A stretch of 64,000 nucleotides of DNA from a virus. Position 1 is the first letter of the stretch. The number at the start of each line of letters is the position of its first letter. The DNA lies in IMG/VR virus record IMGVR_UViG_3300031656_000001; one strand, given 5' to 3'. Positions 17,211 through 27,528 of the stretch are shown here, one piece after another. The notes under the pieces are model-generated. The model had not been told where the DNA came from. It searched no databases and was given only the letters and a program-made list of their open reading frames with translations. The translations under genes and the position numbers were made by a program.

Positions 17211-19043
17211 TTAGATCAGGTCATATATGTCATATTGTAAATCTCCATCGGATTTATTATCTTTATATAATACCATCTCCATCTTATCGTGAATGTCTGG
17301 ATCTATAAAATCTAGAAGTTCTTCTACACAATCTGCATAATCAGTTGTGTTAAAAAACTCAGTAGAACTTATAACTGTCATGACTGCATCGTCATTTCCC
17401 ATTTGAGCTCCATACCCGCCTCTTGGTAAACCACCAAAAAGACTTGCTTCGTTTATAGTCGTTTCATCTGTTATATTTATCCTATTTATTTTATACAGTT
17501 TTGAAAAATTCTGACAAAATATAGCTTTATTATCTGATTTAATTTTAAGTCCATGTTTTAAAGTCTTAGAATCATGTCTATGTCTAAACTTAACTACCAT
17601 ATCATCATCAAAATCATTTCTTTGCGGGAATACAGATCTTAAGTATTGGAATAATATAGACCCATATGTGTTGTATTCTACGATCATCTTAACATTCTCA
17701 TTATAAAAGATATCACATGCTAAGATATAAAGTACTTTAGCAAAATCTTCAATGACATGTTCGTTGGACCTGAATATCCCTATCTGATTTAATTTAAAGA
17801 AATCATACATTGCACCTGGATTCAATTGTGCTTCTATTTCACCAACAGACATCGGTATTAATTCAAATATATTAATAACTGAATGATCTCCTCCGTTTCC
17901 TTCTGCAATATCTACAGAAAATACCCAGAATTTATCTTTATCTTGTACTGTTTCTATGTCGAATGTTGGATCAAATAATAAAAAACCATTTGTATCTATT
18001 CCTGTGTCATCAAATATTTCAAAATCATGGTGTACATATTTCTGTACTCGCTTTCGCATTTTCTTTAAATCAATAGGATCTAATAATAGATTAGAAGATG
18101 AAACGAATTCATTTCCGTACTGTCTATTAAATGCTTCTATAGAACCTAAATTTCCAAGTTCTCTTTCATACCATGCATCATCTCTGTCTGGATGTTCCCA
18201 CCAGTCAATTCGCATTGGCTTATATTCGTTTTCGCCTCTATCTGCTGCCGCATATATTTGATAGAATTTATTAAATCCATTAGGCGTTGATGTTATTGTA
18301 ATACGAGATACCTTAGATGCTGATAACGTTGGATAAACATTCTCATAGAACGCATCCACAATCGTTGGGTGAATATGTGCAAACTCATCAAGATATAGAT
18401 TATGAATTGTAAAACCAATACCTGCTTTCGCTGTGGTAGCTTGTCCTACTAATCTACAACCATTATCACACTTAACATTCATTACATCATATTTAACGAT
18501 ACCTGGTTTCATAAAGAATGGAACGTTCTCAACTACAACTTTCGCCTTATCTATAATTTCTTTTGTTGAATCTGATTTATTGGCAAGTAGTAATGTGTTC
18601 TTATCTGTATTGAATATTAAGTACCATGCATTAAATATAGATGCGGTAACTGTTTTACCCATCTGACGTGATGCTAATACAATATTGAATCTTTCTTCTT
18701 GAAAGTTTCTCAACATTGTCTTTTGATATTCTCTAAGCTTTACTTGTTGAATACCATTATCAGTCATTACAACTGCGTATGTTTCTGCAAAATGGACAAT
18801 GTCAGTAGCACACTTTGCTAACTCACTTATTTCTTCATCAGTATATTCAAATACTAGATTACCTTTTTTTAGGAATGTTTTACCCTCATAAAATGGCATA
18901 GCAACTTTAGGTCTAAAACCTTGATCCATTGCAACCATAAGATCGTCAACTTGTTTAGTAGACCAAACAATTTTGCCTGAATCTACATCGCTCTCGTCCT
19001 TTGGTATCCATTTATTATCACCGACGTATGAATCGTTTGCCAT
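17211..19043 (-). CDS. terL: terminase large subunit (gp17-like)
   Basis: LREYQ, Walker A SRQMGKT, Walker B LYLDEFAH, STPNG, nuclease SVDIAEG...DDAVM. Confidence 0.93.
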   Translation of the reverse strand: MANDSYVGDNKWIPKDESDVDSGKIVWSTKQVDDLMVAMDQGFRPKVAMPFYEGKTFLKKGNLVFEYTDEEISELAKCATDIVHFAETYAVVMTDNGIQQVKLREYQKTMLRNFQEERFNIVLASRQMGKTVTASIFNAWYLIFNTDKNTLLLANKSDSTKEIIDKAKVVVENVPFFMKPGIVKYDVMNVKCDNGCRLVGQATTAKAGIGFTIHNLYLDEFAHIHPTIVDAFYENVYPTLSASKVSRITITSTPNGFNKFYQIYAAADRGENEYKPMRIDWWEHPDRDDAWYERELGNLGSIEAFNRQYGNEFVSSSNLLLDPIDLKKMRKRVQKYVHHDFEIFDDTGIDTNGFLLFDPTFDIETVQDKDKFWVFSVDIAEGNGGDHSVINIFELIPMSVGEIEAQLNPGAMYDFFKLNQIGIFRSNEHVIEDFAKVLYILACDIFYNENVKMIVEYNTYGSILFQYLRSVFPQRNDFDDDMVVKFRHRHDSKTLKHGLKIKSDNKAIFCQNFSKLYKINRINITDETTINEASLFGGLPRGGYGAQMGNDDAVMTVISSTEFFNTTDYADCVEELLDFIDPDIHDKMEMVLYKDNKSDGDLQYDIYDLI

Positions 19044-19044
19044 T

Positions 19045-19710
19045 TTATTCTTCTGTAATTTCTATGTCTTCTATGTCGCTTTCTTCAGTACTACTTTTAA
19101 TACCCTTTTGAATTGCAGACATTAGATCCTTCGTACCTCTTTGTATATTCTTATCCTTTGTGTTTCCACCAGAACTTTCTATTTCTTTTACATCGTCTCT
19201 TTTTCTATAGATTTCTATATCACGAGCAATTCTTTTAGTAGATTCTTCTGAAGCCATTAAATACATTGTCTGCGATTTAATAATATCTAACATTGATTTT
19301 TGTAAAGTTGCAAGAACTTCAAACATTCTTGGTGCTAATTCACCATCGTCAATTGTTTGTAAAAGTGTAGTTAATGCTCTCTCGCCAGCTTGTAGTTGAT
19401 AGATCAAAGACGACATAGTCATCTCATCCATTTCTTTTTTGGCTCTAATATATTCATCTCTTTCAATAATATCTGCATCGAGATAAAATTTCATAAGAGC
19501 TGTTATTGTTTTCTGTGCCTTTTTAGTTGCTGCTGATTTTAATTCAACATAACTAACACGAGGCACTGAATCTGTGCGTGGTTGTTTAATTGGAAGGTCG
19601 ACTGGATCTGTTTCTACATCCATCATTCCTGTATTTCCTATCAAGTCATCTAACTCTTGGCGAATTTGATCCGCTTGTTCAGATATATTCTTTTTCTTTT
19701 CTTCGCTCAT
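19045..19710 (-). CDS. putative terminase small subunit
   Basis: Immediately upstream of terL; helical, with PRMFEVLATL resembling the gp16 PRxxEV motif. Confidence 0.6.
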   Translation of the reverse strand: MSEEKKKNISEQADQIRQELDDLIGNTGMMDVETDPVDLPIKQPRTDSVPRVSYVELKSAATKKAQKTITALMKFYLDADIIERDEYIRAKKEMDEMTMSSLIYQLQAGERALTTLLQTIDDGELAPRMFEVLATLQKSMLDIIKSQTMYLMASEESTKRIARDIEIYRKRDDVKEIESSGGNTKDKNIQRGTKDLMSAIQKGIKSSTEESDIEDIEITEE

Positions 19711-19727
19711 AAATTATTATTTATAGG

Positions 19728-19737
19728 TTATATATCA
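19728..19737 (-). promoter_or_regulatory. late promoter TGATATATAA
   Basis: Recurrent motif upstream of the 19710 start. Confidence 0.6.
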
Positions 19738-19754
19738 ACCTATCTTGGATACGC

Positions 19755-21704
19755 TTATCTGTTTTGATTGTAGCGTCTCAGTTGGATCGAAGGTATTGCG
19801 TTATCTATAATAGTTGCAAGGTGATTATCTCTGACAATGTATTGTTGCAATATATTAAGTCTTTGTTCAGCTTCAATTGGTTTTGTAAACATTCTTATAT
19901 TAGTCAGTTTTAATTGTCCTGGCATAAGAGCATATTGTTTACTAGTTGACCATCCATATGACGCTATAGATTTGGTTTCATCTAATATCTTCGTGATACT
20001 GTTCTGTGTTGTATTACTTGGTAATAAATTATTACCAGGCTCTAACTTAAATACAGTTGTTGATATTTTATTATATTTGTTATTTAAATTGAATACTAAT
20101 CCATACCATGCATCTGAAGCAACTGGTGTATCATATGTAAATTGATGTACATCGTTGTTTATTTGAACAGACACTGCATCGTTGGATGTTGTTATCTTTA
20201 AACCTTTATCGTTAATTAAACCATCTAATATGGTTGCACTTGGATTTGTTACTGTTAAGTTAGGTTTAAACCATACTGTAACTGCTAAATTGGAATCTGC
20301 TGCCAATACTGATTTTCTTTTGTAAACTAACGCTTCTATTCCAATATCTTTAATACTACTAAGATCGTATGCATTTTTACTAACTATAGTCCATTTGTTT
20401 CTGATCTCAGTATCTAATATACTTAGGCCATTGTGAATTCTATCTCTAGTTCCATCACCAACCTCGGTGAATACTGTTTGATATTGTTCTGGCTTTGTAA
20501 CTTTTGTATATTCTTCTTGTACTTGTTCTCCAAATACTTCATCTAAGCCTGTTACTAAATCTGTAAGAGCTGTCTCTGTTGTATCATCAGTATGTATTGT
20601 ACTTGTTCTATCTTCGTACTTCTTAAGTAATACTCTCCAATATGTTGTTGTCAAATTAAATTCATCTGCAAATGATACGCCACTAACTTCATACATTCTA
20701 TTATTAAGTGGAAAGTACAAGTAATCTCTCATTCTAGGTTGTTTTCCTGTACCGAAAGCTGCTTCAAATTGGGCTGATGTTATATGAATTTCAAAATCTT
20801 CGAAACCCATTCCGTATATGTCAAATCTAAATTCATTAGATGGCATTTCGTTATCAGGTACCATTATCTTGATCTCCTTGTTTTCTTTTACATTATAAAG
20901 TGAATACTCCATTAATATAACGTCACTTGATCTTTTATCAGGTTCTACTCTAAAGTATTTGACCTTGTGTCCAAATATATTAGTTGATACATCAGATAGT
21001 TGTTTATATAAATTCGTAGGCTTTTGTAAAGCATATGGATCAAATAAATTTTCAGAACATTCTACCGTAATATTTGCACATCCATTCATTGCTGCTGGAT
21101 CTGTACAATCAGTACAATATTGTGGACATGATACTATTACGCCTTCTACTGTTTCTAAATTAAAAGTAATACTTAATAATGATAACGAATGTGCTGTTGA
21201 TAATCTATTAACAGTAAATCTAACAGTAATCCAAAGTGGTTTAAGAGGATCAAATACAAGACCTAATAAATCTGCAGCTCCATTTGTAATGTTCAGTGGT
21301 GCGTACTCTGACATGATACCACCATCACTGTTCAATGGCTCTTGTGACCATTTGAATTCATAATCAAATGAGTTATTAGCATCCAGTGGTTTGTAAAATT
21401 GAAGTGCTGTTCCTGTAAATATCGGAGGTGTTACTACTGTAAATGTAAATGCATTAATAATAAATGCTACTTCGAATTCTGTATTTCCTACTATTATTTT
21501 ATCACCAGTTGTTAAATCAAGATTAGTAAGATTTCCAACTACAATAGAGTCACCCGCGGTCATTGCTAAAGTACCTACCGTATTAGGAGTATTTACACCT
21601 GCTATTATGTTCCATGAATTAATGTCAGTGACATTTTCATATGGAGTAATTAATTTAGCGAGGAATGCATCGCCTATTTGATCTGATGTAAAGTTATTTA
21701 CCAT
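19755..21704 (-). CDS. neck/head-closure protein (gp14-like core) with extra beta-rich domains
   Basis: Central GHKVKYFR...DVILMEY...PRMRDYLYFPLNNRMYEV; C-terminal LamG/ConA-like beta pattern. Confidence 0.6.
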   Translation of the reverse strand: MVNNFTSDQIGDAFLAKLITPYENVTDINSWNIIAGVNTPNTVGTLAMTAGDSIVVGNLTNLDLTTGDKIIVGNTEFEVAFIINAFTFTVVTPPIFTGTALQFYKPLDANNSFDYEFKWSQEPLNSDGGIMSEYAPLNITNGAADLLGLVFDPLKPLWITVRFTVNRLSTAHSLSLLSITFNLETVEGVIVSCPQYCTDCTDPAAMNGCANITVECSENLFDPYALQKPTNLYKQLSDVSTNIFGHKVKYFRVEPDKRSSDVILMEYSLYNVKENKEIKIMVPDNEMPSNEFRFDIYGMGFEDFEIHITSAQFEAAFGTGKQPRMRDYLYFPLNNRMYEVSGVSFADEFNLTTTYWRVLLKKYEDRTSTIHTDDTTETALTDLVTGLDEVFGEQVQEEYTKVTKPEQYQTVFTEVGDGTRDRIHNGLSILDTEIRNKWTIVSKNAYDLSSIKDIGIEALVYKRKSVLAADSNLAVTVWFKPNLTVTNPSATILDGLINDKGLKITTSNDAVSVQINNDVHQFTYDTPVASDAWYGLVFNLNNKYNKISTTVFKLEPGNNLLPSNTTQNSITKILDETKSIASYGWSTSKQYALMPGQLKLTNIRMFTKPIEAEQRLNILQQYIVRDNHLATIIDNAIPSIQLRRYNQNR

Positions 21705-21733
21705 TAACGTAATGACTACAAGTCTTATTTTTA

Positions 21734-22384
21734 TTATATATCAGAATTTCTATCCGTTATTAAAAGTATTTCTGGATCATCTGCTTCAAATGGCTCTAAT
21801 TTTTGAATTATTGCATTTATGACACCGAATGTTTCGTTCGCAGAATCATCTGTCAAATACATATCAAGAATCGTCATGAACTTCTTTAACTTAAATACAC
21901 TGTACATTTGATTATTTGATAATAGTTTACAACGCTCTAATATGTCATTAGTTATGTTTAATTCACGAGTATCAAATAAATCAAAGAGCCTTAGAGATCC
22001 TCTAATTGTTTTAATATTATACTTAATTGTTTTAATCTGATCAATATTTACTATTCTACTATAACTCAAATTCTTGTTTAAAGTTACTTTAATCCAAGTT
22101 AAATTTTTTATATTATTCAACATTTGCCAAATAAAATAAATAGAAGTCGCTTCTTTGTGTATTGATACTTCATTAACCGATTGAAATCTACTAACATCTG
22201 ACGCAAACCATTTATTAATAAATTCACTCATGTCATCTACTGATATCAAATACGAATCCGTTGTTATTTTTTTAGTATTAATACTGCGCTGAATTAAACC
22301 CCACAATTTAACATCTATAGAATTGTATTTATATAGCGTAATATCAATAACCTCTGTAAAAATATCTCTATTTTCTATAAACAT
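21734..22384 (-). CDS. hypothetical protein
   Basis: 216-aa ORF overlapping the upstream gene. Confidence 0.6.
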   Translation of the reverse strand: MFIENRDIFTEVIDITLYKYNSIDVKLWGLIQRSINTKKITTDSYLISVDDMSEFINKWFASDVSRFQSVNEVSIHKEATSIYFIWQMLNNIKNLTWIKVTLNKNLSYSRIVNIDQIKTIKYNIKTIRGSLRLFDLFDTRELNITNDILERCKLLSNNQMYSVFKLKKFMTILDMYLTDDSANETFGVINAIIQKLEPFEADDPEILLITDRNSDI

Positions 22385-22796
22385 CTTGTTGTCTTTCTAT
22401 ATTTTTTAAATCATTAAACAGTTCTGCCTTTGCATGTATTTTCAATTCATTGAATTCACGCAGCCCAATTTCATTTTTTAATAAGAAAAAACTAACTGCA
22501 GCTTCTGATGGAGTATATTTATCTAGCTGTATTTTCGGTGCTTTTTTGGTCTTTGTATAAAACCATCCAGGAACACCTTTAAATCTTTGTGCTACCATTG
22601 CCCATGATTGAACCACGTTGCCGCCGTTTATACCATTTAGATTAAACATATTTGCGTTCGCAGGATATTTAATTGCAAAGAAGCGATTGATCATAAAATG
22701 ATGACGTTTCTTTGCATGATTTTTAATATTGTTATATTGATCTGGTTTCGTGAACATAATTTTCACAAAATCAAATAGTTTAGTTTCGTCTAGCAT
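22368..22796 (-). CDS. putative clamp loader small subunit (gp62-like)
   Basis: LFDF...FMINRFFA...W...K pattern; lies near gp44. Confidence 0.55.
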   Translation of the reverse strand: MLDETKLFDFVKIMFTKPDQYNNIKNHAKKRHHFMINRFFAIKYPANANMFNLNGINGGNVVQSWAMVAQRFKGVPGWFYTKTKKAPKIQLDKYTPSEAAVSFFLLKNEIGLREFNELKIHAKAELFNDLKNIERQQDVYRK

Positions 22797-22801
22797 ATTG
22801 T

Positions 22802-22978
22802 TTATATGTTGAGTATTGTGGTTGTTCGTTTAAATGCAATCGCATATGCATCTTTTTCTAAAAGGCTCTTATATTTATCTATTAATTCAACAGCAAGTTC
22901 TTTAACTTCATCTCTTAAGTTATAAGCGTTTGCTTCTATTAATATAAGTTCGATATCTGTAAGATCTTCGTGCGTCAT
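22802..22978 (-). CDS. small hypothetical protein (58 aa)
   Basis: Manual translation MTHEDLTDIELILIEANAYNLRDEVKEL...; TAATG coupling with the upstream stop. Confidence 0.5.
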   Translation of the reverse strand: MTHEDLTDIELILIEANAYNLRDEVKELAVELIDKYKSLLEKDAYAIAFKRTTTILNI

Positions 22979-24249
22979 TAGAATAATTTTTTGCTAGGTG
23001 CATTCGTTGGCTCTTTATAAGTGTCAGTCTTTTTACCAACTAATTTCATAGGAGCTGCCTTAACTGTTTTTTCTTTTGGAATATCCATACCTGCAAATGC
23101 ATCTGGACCAAACCCACCTTTATCTTCTAACCAAGATGTTCCTTCTAAGATCTTTTCCATATCCATGAATTGTTCTGGTTTTTCTAGTGCTCCTTCCCAA
23201 TCTTTATCAATTGCATCATAAATTGCACGCTGAATCGAATCTGGAATAGTTTTGATATGTAATAACATTAATGCTATATTATTAGCAAGAGATGCTTTAA
23301 TCAATGTTGATGTACTGTGTCCGATAACTCTGTAAATAATATCTACTAAATTGTTTCTAGAATCTTGATTAAACAAGTACTCAATTGTGAAATTATCTAA
23401 TTCTTTAACAAACTGATCATAAATAATATCTGCTGATTTCTCAGTGATTGAATAAGTTCTAAGCTTACCATTTTTCATTTCTTTTTGCCAAGTAACTACT
23501 GATGGTATATTATCAGATTTATCACCTATTAAAATCTTGTTGAAAATAAATCTATCACAATCAACTTCTGTTATGTTTATTTTAAGATCTTTGATCCATT
23601 TTAATACACTATTTTGGTATGAATCTCTGGCTAAACTTGCACCTCCCATATTAAAAAGGAAATCATCATTGTCCATTGATCCAGTTACTGAATCTTCCAT
23701 GTCTCTTTCAAAACCTTCATATGCATACAAAGACTTTTTAGTATTGTAATACCACAATGTGTGCGCATCGTTAGTTTTAGAGTAATTAACCAATTGGATA
23801 AGATCTCTATCACCTGACCATACTAAACATGATTTACCTCTATTATTAAGTGCAGTTGACCATCCGAAAATAACATCATCTGCTTCTGCTCCTTGTATTT
23901 GATGTACTGTAACGCCTTTAGCTTCAAGAATCTTTTGAAATTCTTCATATACTGAATATACTGCAGTCCAGTTTACACTGCTGCTTTGTGTTCTTGTACC
24001 CTTATAATCCGCTTCTGGATAAAGGTCTTTACGCCATGATTTTGAATCTACTGTCAAAACCACGTCATCTACAAACATTTTTAACTTTCGCATCTCTGAT
24101 GCAAAGTCAATGGCTAACTTTCTCATAAACTGAGACTTTTGTTTATCATCGCCTAACAGTTGTCCTGTTTTAGGTTTTGGTAAAACAAAAAGCCTACTGA
24201 ATACAAAATAGTTTCCGTCGATCAATAGTGTGTGTTTTCCCACTTTCAT
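22978..24249 (-). CDS. rnh: 5'-3' exonuclease / T4 RNase H-like flap nuclease
   Basis: LLIDGN, SWRK..YP..DYKGTR, EADDVI, SGDRDLIQL, GDKSDNIP. Confidence 0.85.
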   Translation of the reverse strand: MKVGKHTLLIDGNYFVFSRLFVLPKPKTGQLLGDDKQKSQFMRKLAIDFASEMRKLKMFVDDVVLTVDSKSWRKDLYPEADYKGTRTQSSSVNWTAVYSVYEEFQKILEAKGVTVHQIQGAEADDVIFGWSTALNNRGKSCLVWSGDRDLIQLVNYSKTNDAHTLWYYNTKKSLYAYEGFERDMEDSVTGSMDNDDFLFNMGGASLARDSYQNSVLKWIKDLKINITEVDCDRFIFNKILIGDKSDNIPSVVTWQKEMKNGKLRTYSITEKSADIIYDQFVKELDNFTIEYLFNQDSRNNLVDIIYRVIGHSTSTLIKASLANNIALMLLHIKTIPDSIQRAIYDAIDKDWEGALEKPEQFMDMEKILEGTSWLEDKGGFGPDAFAGMDIPKEKTVKAAPMKLVGKKTDTYKEPTNAPSKKLF

Positions 24250-24295
24250 ATTTTTATTTCTTTACTTAGTCTAATACTATGACTATTATTAATTA

Positions 24296-25252
24296 TTATG
24301 AATTAATTATACTTTGTATTTCATATACACAGCTTAACATCGTTATTACAGGATCAATTACATGAGTCCTTTGTGCTTGGTGTTTTGCAACTGTTATGAT
24401 AATAGATGGTATATGTTTTATATATTGTCCTTTTTCCTGCTGAATATACTCGATGAATTCTGCACCCAATGTTTGTAGTACATCATCTACTCTATTTGCA
24501 TAATTTCCTACTAATGCTTGGTAGTTTTTAGCAGGATCTGTCTCGTTAAAGATTAATTCAAATACATCTTTATAAACTGAATTGAACTTCTTCACATCCA
24601 CCGCTGTGATATTGGTAGTACCTTGTGTTTTATATCCCTGTAGTTTATTAAGAGTAGTTCTTAAATCTGGAAAGTTACGTTTAACAAATTCAACCAATGC
24701 TGGTTTTTCAATTGTCATACCTTCTTTACCACAAATTTCATATACTCTCTTGATATATTTCTTTGTTAGTTCTGTTTCTTCTGCTTTATCAAAATCAAAA
24801 TCGATAACTTCAAAACGACTAAGAATTGGATCTGGTAATTTATTAATGTAATTACAAGTTGCAATAAATCTTGAATTTGAAGAGAATGTTTCCATAGTTG
24901 CACGAAGTGCTTTAAAGAATTGATCCGATACTCCATCGACCTCATCTAATATAACCACCTTAAACATTCCCGGCTCATCCATGATTGAAACAGTAGAACA
25001 GAAATCTGTAATTCTGGTTCTAATCACATCAACTGAAGTATCTGTAGATGCATTGATATACAAATACGGTAGTTTAAATTGATTGACGATTGCTTTTGCG
25101 CAAGATGTCTTACCAGTTCCTGGTGATCCTGCAAATAACATATTCTGGACAAGGCCATCGTTGAATTTTGACATTACCCTTTCTGGTAATATTAGTTCAT
25201 CTAATGTCGATGGTCTGTATTTCTCTGTAAAGAGTTGATTTACTGATTTCAT
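24296..25252 (-). CDS. clamp loader large subunit (gp44/RFC-like)
   Basis: EKYRP, GSPGTGKT, ILDEVD, SRF, PDLR; start moved to the ATG at 25252. Confidence 0.9.
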   Translation of the reverse strand: MKSVNQLFTEKYRPSTLDELILPERVMSKFNDGLVQNMLFAGSPGTGKTSCAKAIVNQFKLPYLYINASTDTSVDVIRTRITDFCSTVSIMDEPGMFKVVILDEVDGVSDQFFKALRATMETFSSNSRFIATCNYINKLPDPILSRFEVIDFDFDKAEETELTKKYIKRVYEICGKEGMTIEKPALVEFVKRNFPDLRTTLNKLQGYKTQGTTNITAVDVKKFNSVYKDVFELIFNETDPAKNYQALVGNYANRVDDVLQTLGAEFIEYIQQEKGQYIKHIPSIIITVAKHQAQRTHVIDPVITMLSCVYEIQSIINS

Positions 25253-25271
25253 ATATAAAGTATATTTACAT

Positions 25272-25300
25272 GTTATACTGCTAAAGCCGCAAAATGTTTC
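25272..25300 (-). promoter_or_regulatory. class II promoter GAAACA-N17-TATAAC
   Basis: Recurrent motif upstream of gp44. Confidence 0.55.
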
Positions 25301-25316
25301 AATGATAAATATATTA

Positions 25317-25826
25317 ATGGGTAAATCATATTCGCATATAAACATCACACGTACGTCAGGTCCAAATCCTAGAAATCGTTACGGTATTATACTTGCACCT
25401 CTAGCAAAGCTCTACAGGAAGTTCCTAGTAGACCACAGGCATATAAAACGATGGTCAGACGATGATAGATTTGTAACATGTGTCCTTAGAATGCAAAAAC
25501 CTGCAGTTCGTAGTGTTATTTTAACTAAAAAGTACTGGGATCATAGTAATGGTATATTGGTTGATCTAGTTACATTACATGATAATTGTAATACTGTTGA
25601 GTGGATTTGTGCAATAAGTCTTAAACCAATCAAAGCTAAGTTTATGAATTTTGATTTGGAGAACTTCTTACATCCTGAGTATTATGATATCTTAAAGGCT
25701 CCGATGATTGATAGCCGTATCTTAAAATCTTCAATTGAGTTTCGCAAGAAATGTAAAAAACTCTTGCTCGATGAGAGACAAGAGTTTCTTAGACTTGCTA
25801 AAAAGAACGCTAAACGCTCTCTTTAA
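25317..25826 (+). CDS. hypothetical basic protein, the only credible + strand gene
   Basis: Fills a gap of about 570 nt with no - strand ORF; GATAAATA lies just upstream. Confidence 0.7.
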   Translation: MGKSYSHINITRTSGPNPRNRYGIILAPLAKLYRKFLVDHRHIKRWSDDDRFVTCVLRMQKPAVRSVILTKKYWDHSNGILVDLVTLHDNCNTVEWICAISLKPIKAKFMNFDLENFLHPEYYDILKAPMIDSRILKSSIEFRKKCKKLLLDERQEFLRLAKKNAKRSL

Positions 25827-25829
25827 ATA

Positions 25830-27398
25830 TTACATTAATTTTGCGAATCGTTGAGCGATTGTTAAACCTTCATCTAATTTAATAGTTTTAGGTAATTCTA
25901 CTGCAACTGATTCTTCTATTTCATATGTTCCGTCTTTAACGAAATCAGCATGACCTGTCATACCGGCTAGTTTCATAATAGAACCTTTATCACCGGTCAT
26001 TGTCATTTCATCATAACCGTCTCCGAATGGATCAATATCTATAGTAACTTCAACTCCAATTTCTTTACCTTTATCTTTAATATAAGAATAATCTGGTTTT
26101 CCATCTTCGTCTTCTTCATCTGAATATGATTGTAATCCTGATAATGTCGCTTCATTAAGATCATCACCAGTTGGTGTATCTAATGATTCGTTTTCATTTG
26201 GTGTTTTAGGCACGATAGGCTTTCCATCTTTATCTACGGGTTTTGTTGCAACTTTAAGATTCTTAGATCCGCTTAGTGCTTTTAAATCTTCTTGTGCTTT
26301 TCCTAAATCAGCTACTAGTTTTTTACTTTTTTCTAAGTCATCACTACCATCAACATCATCTTGTTTTAATTTTGCTTTTAATAATTCAACATTAGCTGTT
26401 AATTTTTTAGCTTCATCATCACCGTCCTTTGCTTCATCATATTTAGTTTGCGCTGCTTCAACAGCAACTTTTGCAGCTTCTTTCTTCTCATCAGCCTTTA
26501 CCTTATCAGCTGCGTCTTTTTCCTCTTTTTTCTTTTTATCATCAGCTTTTTTAGCAGTGGCTTCGTCATCATTTGCAGCTGGTACCTTTTTAGCATCATC
26601 TTTATCAGACATCTGAGATTTTGATTTTGCATCTGCAGCAGCTTCTGCTTCTGCCGGTGTTTGTTCAGCAGCTGGAGCATCACCCTGTGCTGATGTATAA
26701 TCCTTTAATGATTGAGTATCATCAGCAATTCTATCTTCTAGTGTAGAAATTTCTAATTTAAGTTGTTTAGCTTCTTCACCTGATGTTGCTTTCATAACTG
26801 TTTTAGCAGCTATTAATTTAGCTTTAGTTTTACCTAAGCTAGCGACTTTAGCTAAACCTTCATCACCGCCAGTTAATTCTTTAATTCTGTCGCTTATGGC
26901 AGAAGACTGATCTGAAAGTGCTTGATTTTTAGCTTTATTTGCTTGATTAAGAACTTCTAATTTCTTTTTCCAATCAGCTGCATCTGTTTTTTCTTTTGTA
27001 GCTTCCTTTTTCTTTGCAAAATCAAGATCATTAATTGCAGATTGAACTAATGCTTTCTGATATTTTTTAAGGTTAGCTTTAATTTTTGTGAATTTAATTG
27101 GAGATTTTATAAAATCTAATAAACCTTCATTAACCGAAGTAAGATTAGTTAATTCAAAAAGTTCTTCAAAAAGATCATTAATTTCTGATTCTAATTCAGT
27201 AGATTCACCAACTGTTCCAATTCTATCAGATAATTCTGTCAGTGTATTTAGAATTGTATCAACGTCTCTTATTACTTCAGTTCTAACTGTGTCGCCTGGA
27301 GTTACAGTGTCAATAGATACTTGATCAACCGACTTGTTCGTTGGCATGTTCTCGTTTACGAATTGTTCGTAAAGCTTTAATTTAGATTTTAATTTCAT
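25830..27398 (-). CDS. putative prohead core/internal head protein
   Basis: KLKLYEQFVNE leader; Lys/Ala/Glu-rich coiled coil; downstream of the capsid gene with a late promoter. Confidence 0.6.
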   Translation of the reverse strand: MKLKSKLKLYEQFVNENMPTNKSVDQVSIDTVTPGDTVRTEVIRDVDTILNTLTELSDRIGTVGESTELESEINDLFEELFELTNLTSVNEGLLDFIKSPIKFTKIKANLKKYQKALVQSAINDLDFAKKKEATKEKTDAADWKKKLEVLNQANKAKNQALSDQSSAISDRIKELTGGDEGLAKVASLGKTKAKLIAAKTVMKATSGEEAKQLKLEISTLEDRIADDTQSLKDYTSAQGDAPAAEQTPAEAEAAADAKSKSQMSDKDDAKKVPAANDDEATAKKADDKKKKEEKDAADKVKADEKKEAAKVAVEAAQTKYDEAKDGDDEAKKLTANVELLKAKLKQDDVDGSDDLEKSKKLVADLGKAQEDLKALSGSKNLKVATKPVDKDGKPIVPKTPNENESLDTPTGDDLNEATLSGLQSYSDEEDEDGKPDYSYIKDKGKEIGVEVTIDIDPFGDGYDEMTMTGDKGSIMKLAGMTGHADFVKDGTYEIEESVAVELPKTIKLDEGLTIAQRFAKLM

Positions 27399-27433
27399 AA
27401 TTGTTATTTTATTTTCTATTTAGCATTATTATA

Positions 27434-27443
27434 TTATATATCT
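27434..27443 (-). promoter_or_regulatory. late promoter AGATATATAA
   Basis: Exact motif. Confidence 0.6.
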
Positions 27444-27468
27444 AATTTAATTTTGGAAAGTTTACAAC

Positions 27469-27498
27469 AAAAAAAAGGTCATCCGAAGATGACCTTTT
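27469..27498 (-). terminator. intrinsic terminator after major capsid gene
   Basis: AAAAGGTCATC-TTCG-GATGACC followed by T9. Confidence 0.85.
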
Positions 27499-27528
27499 AA
27501 TAATAATATTAATTATTCTAGTTTAAGA

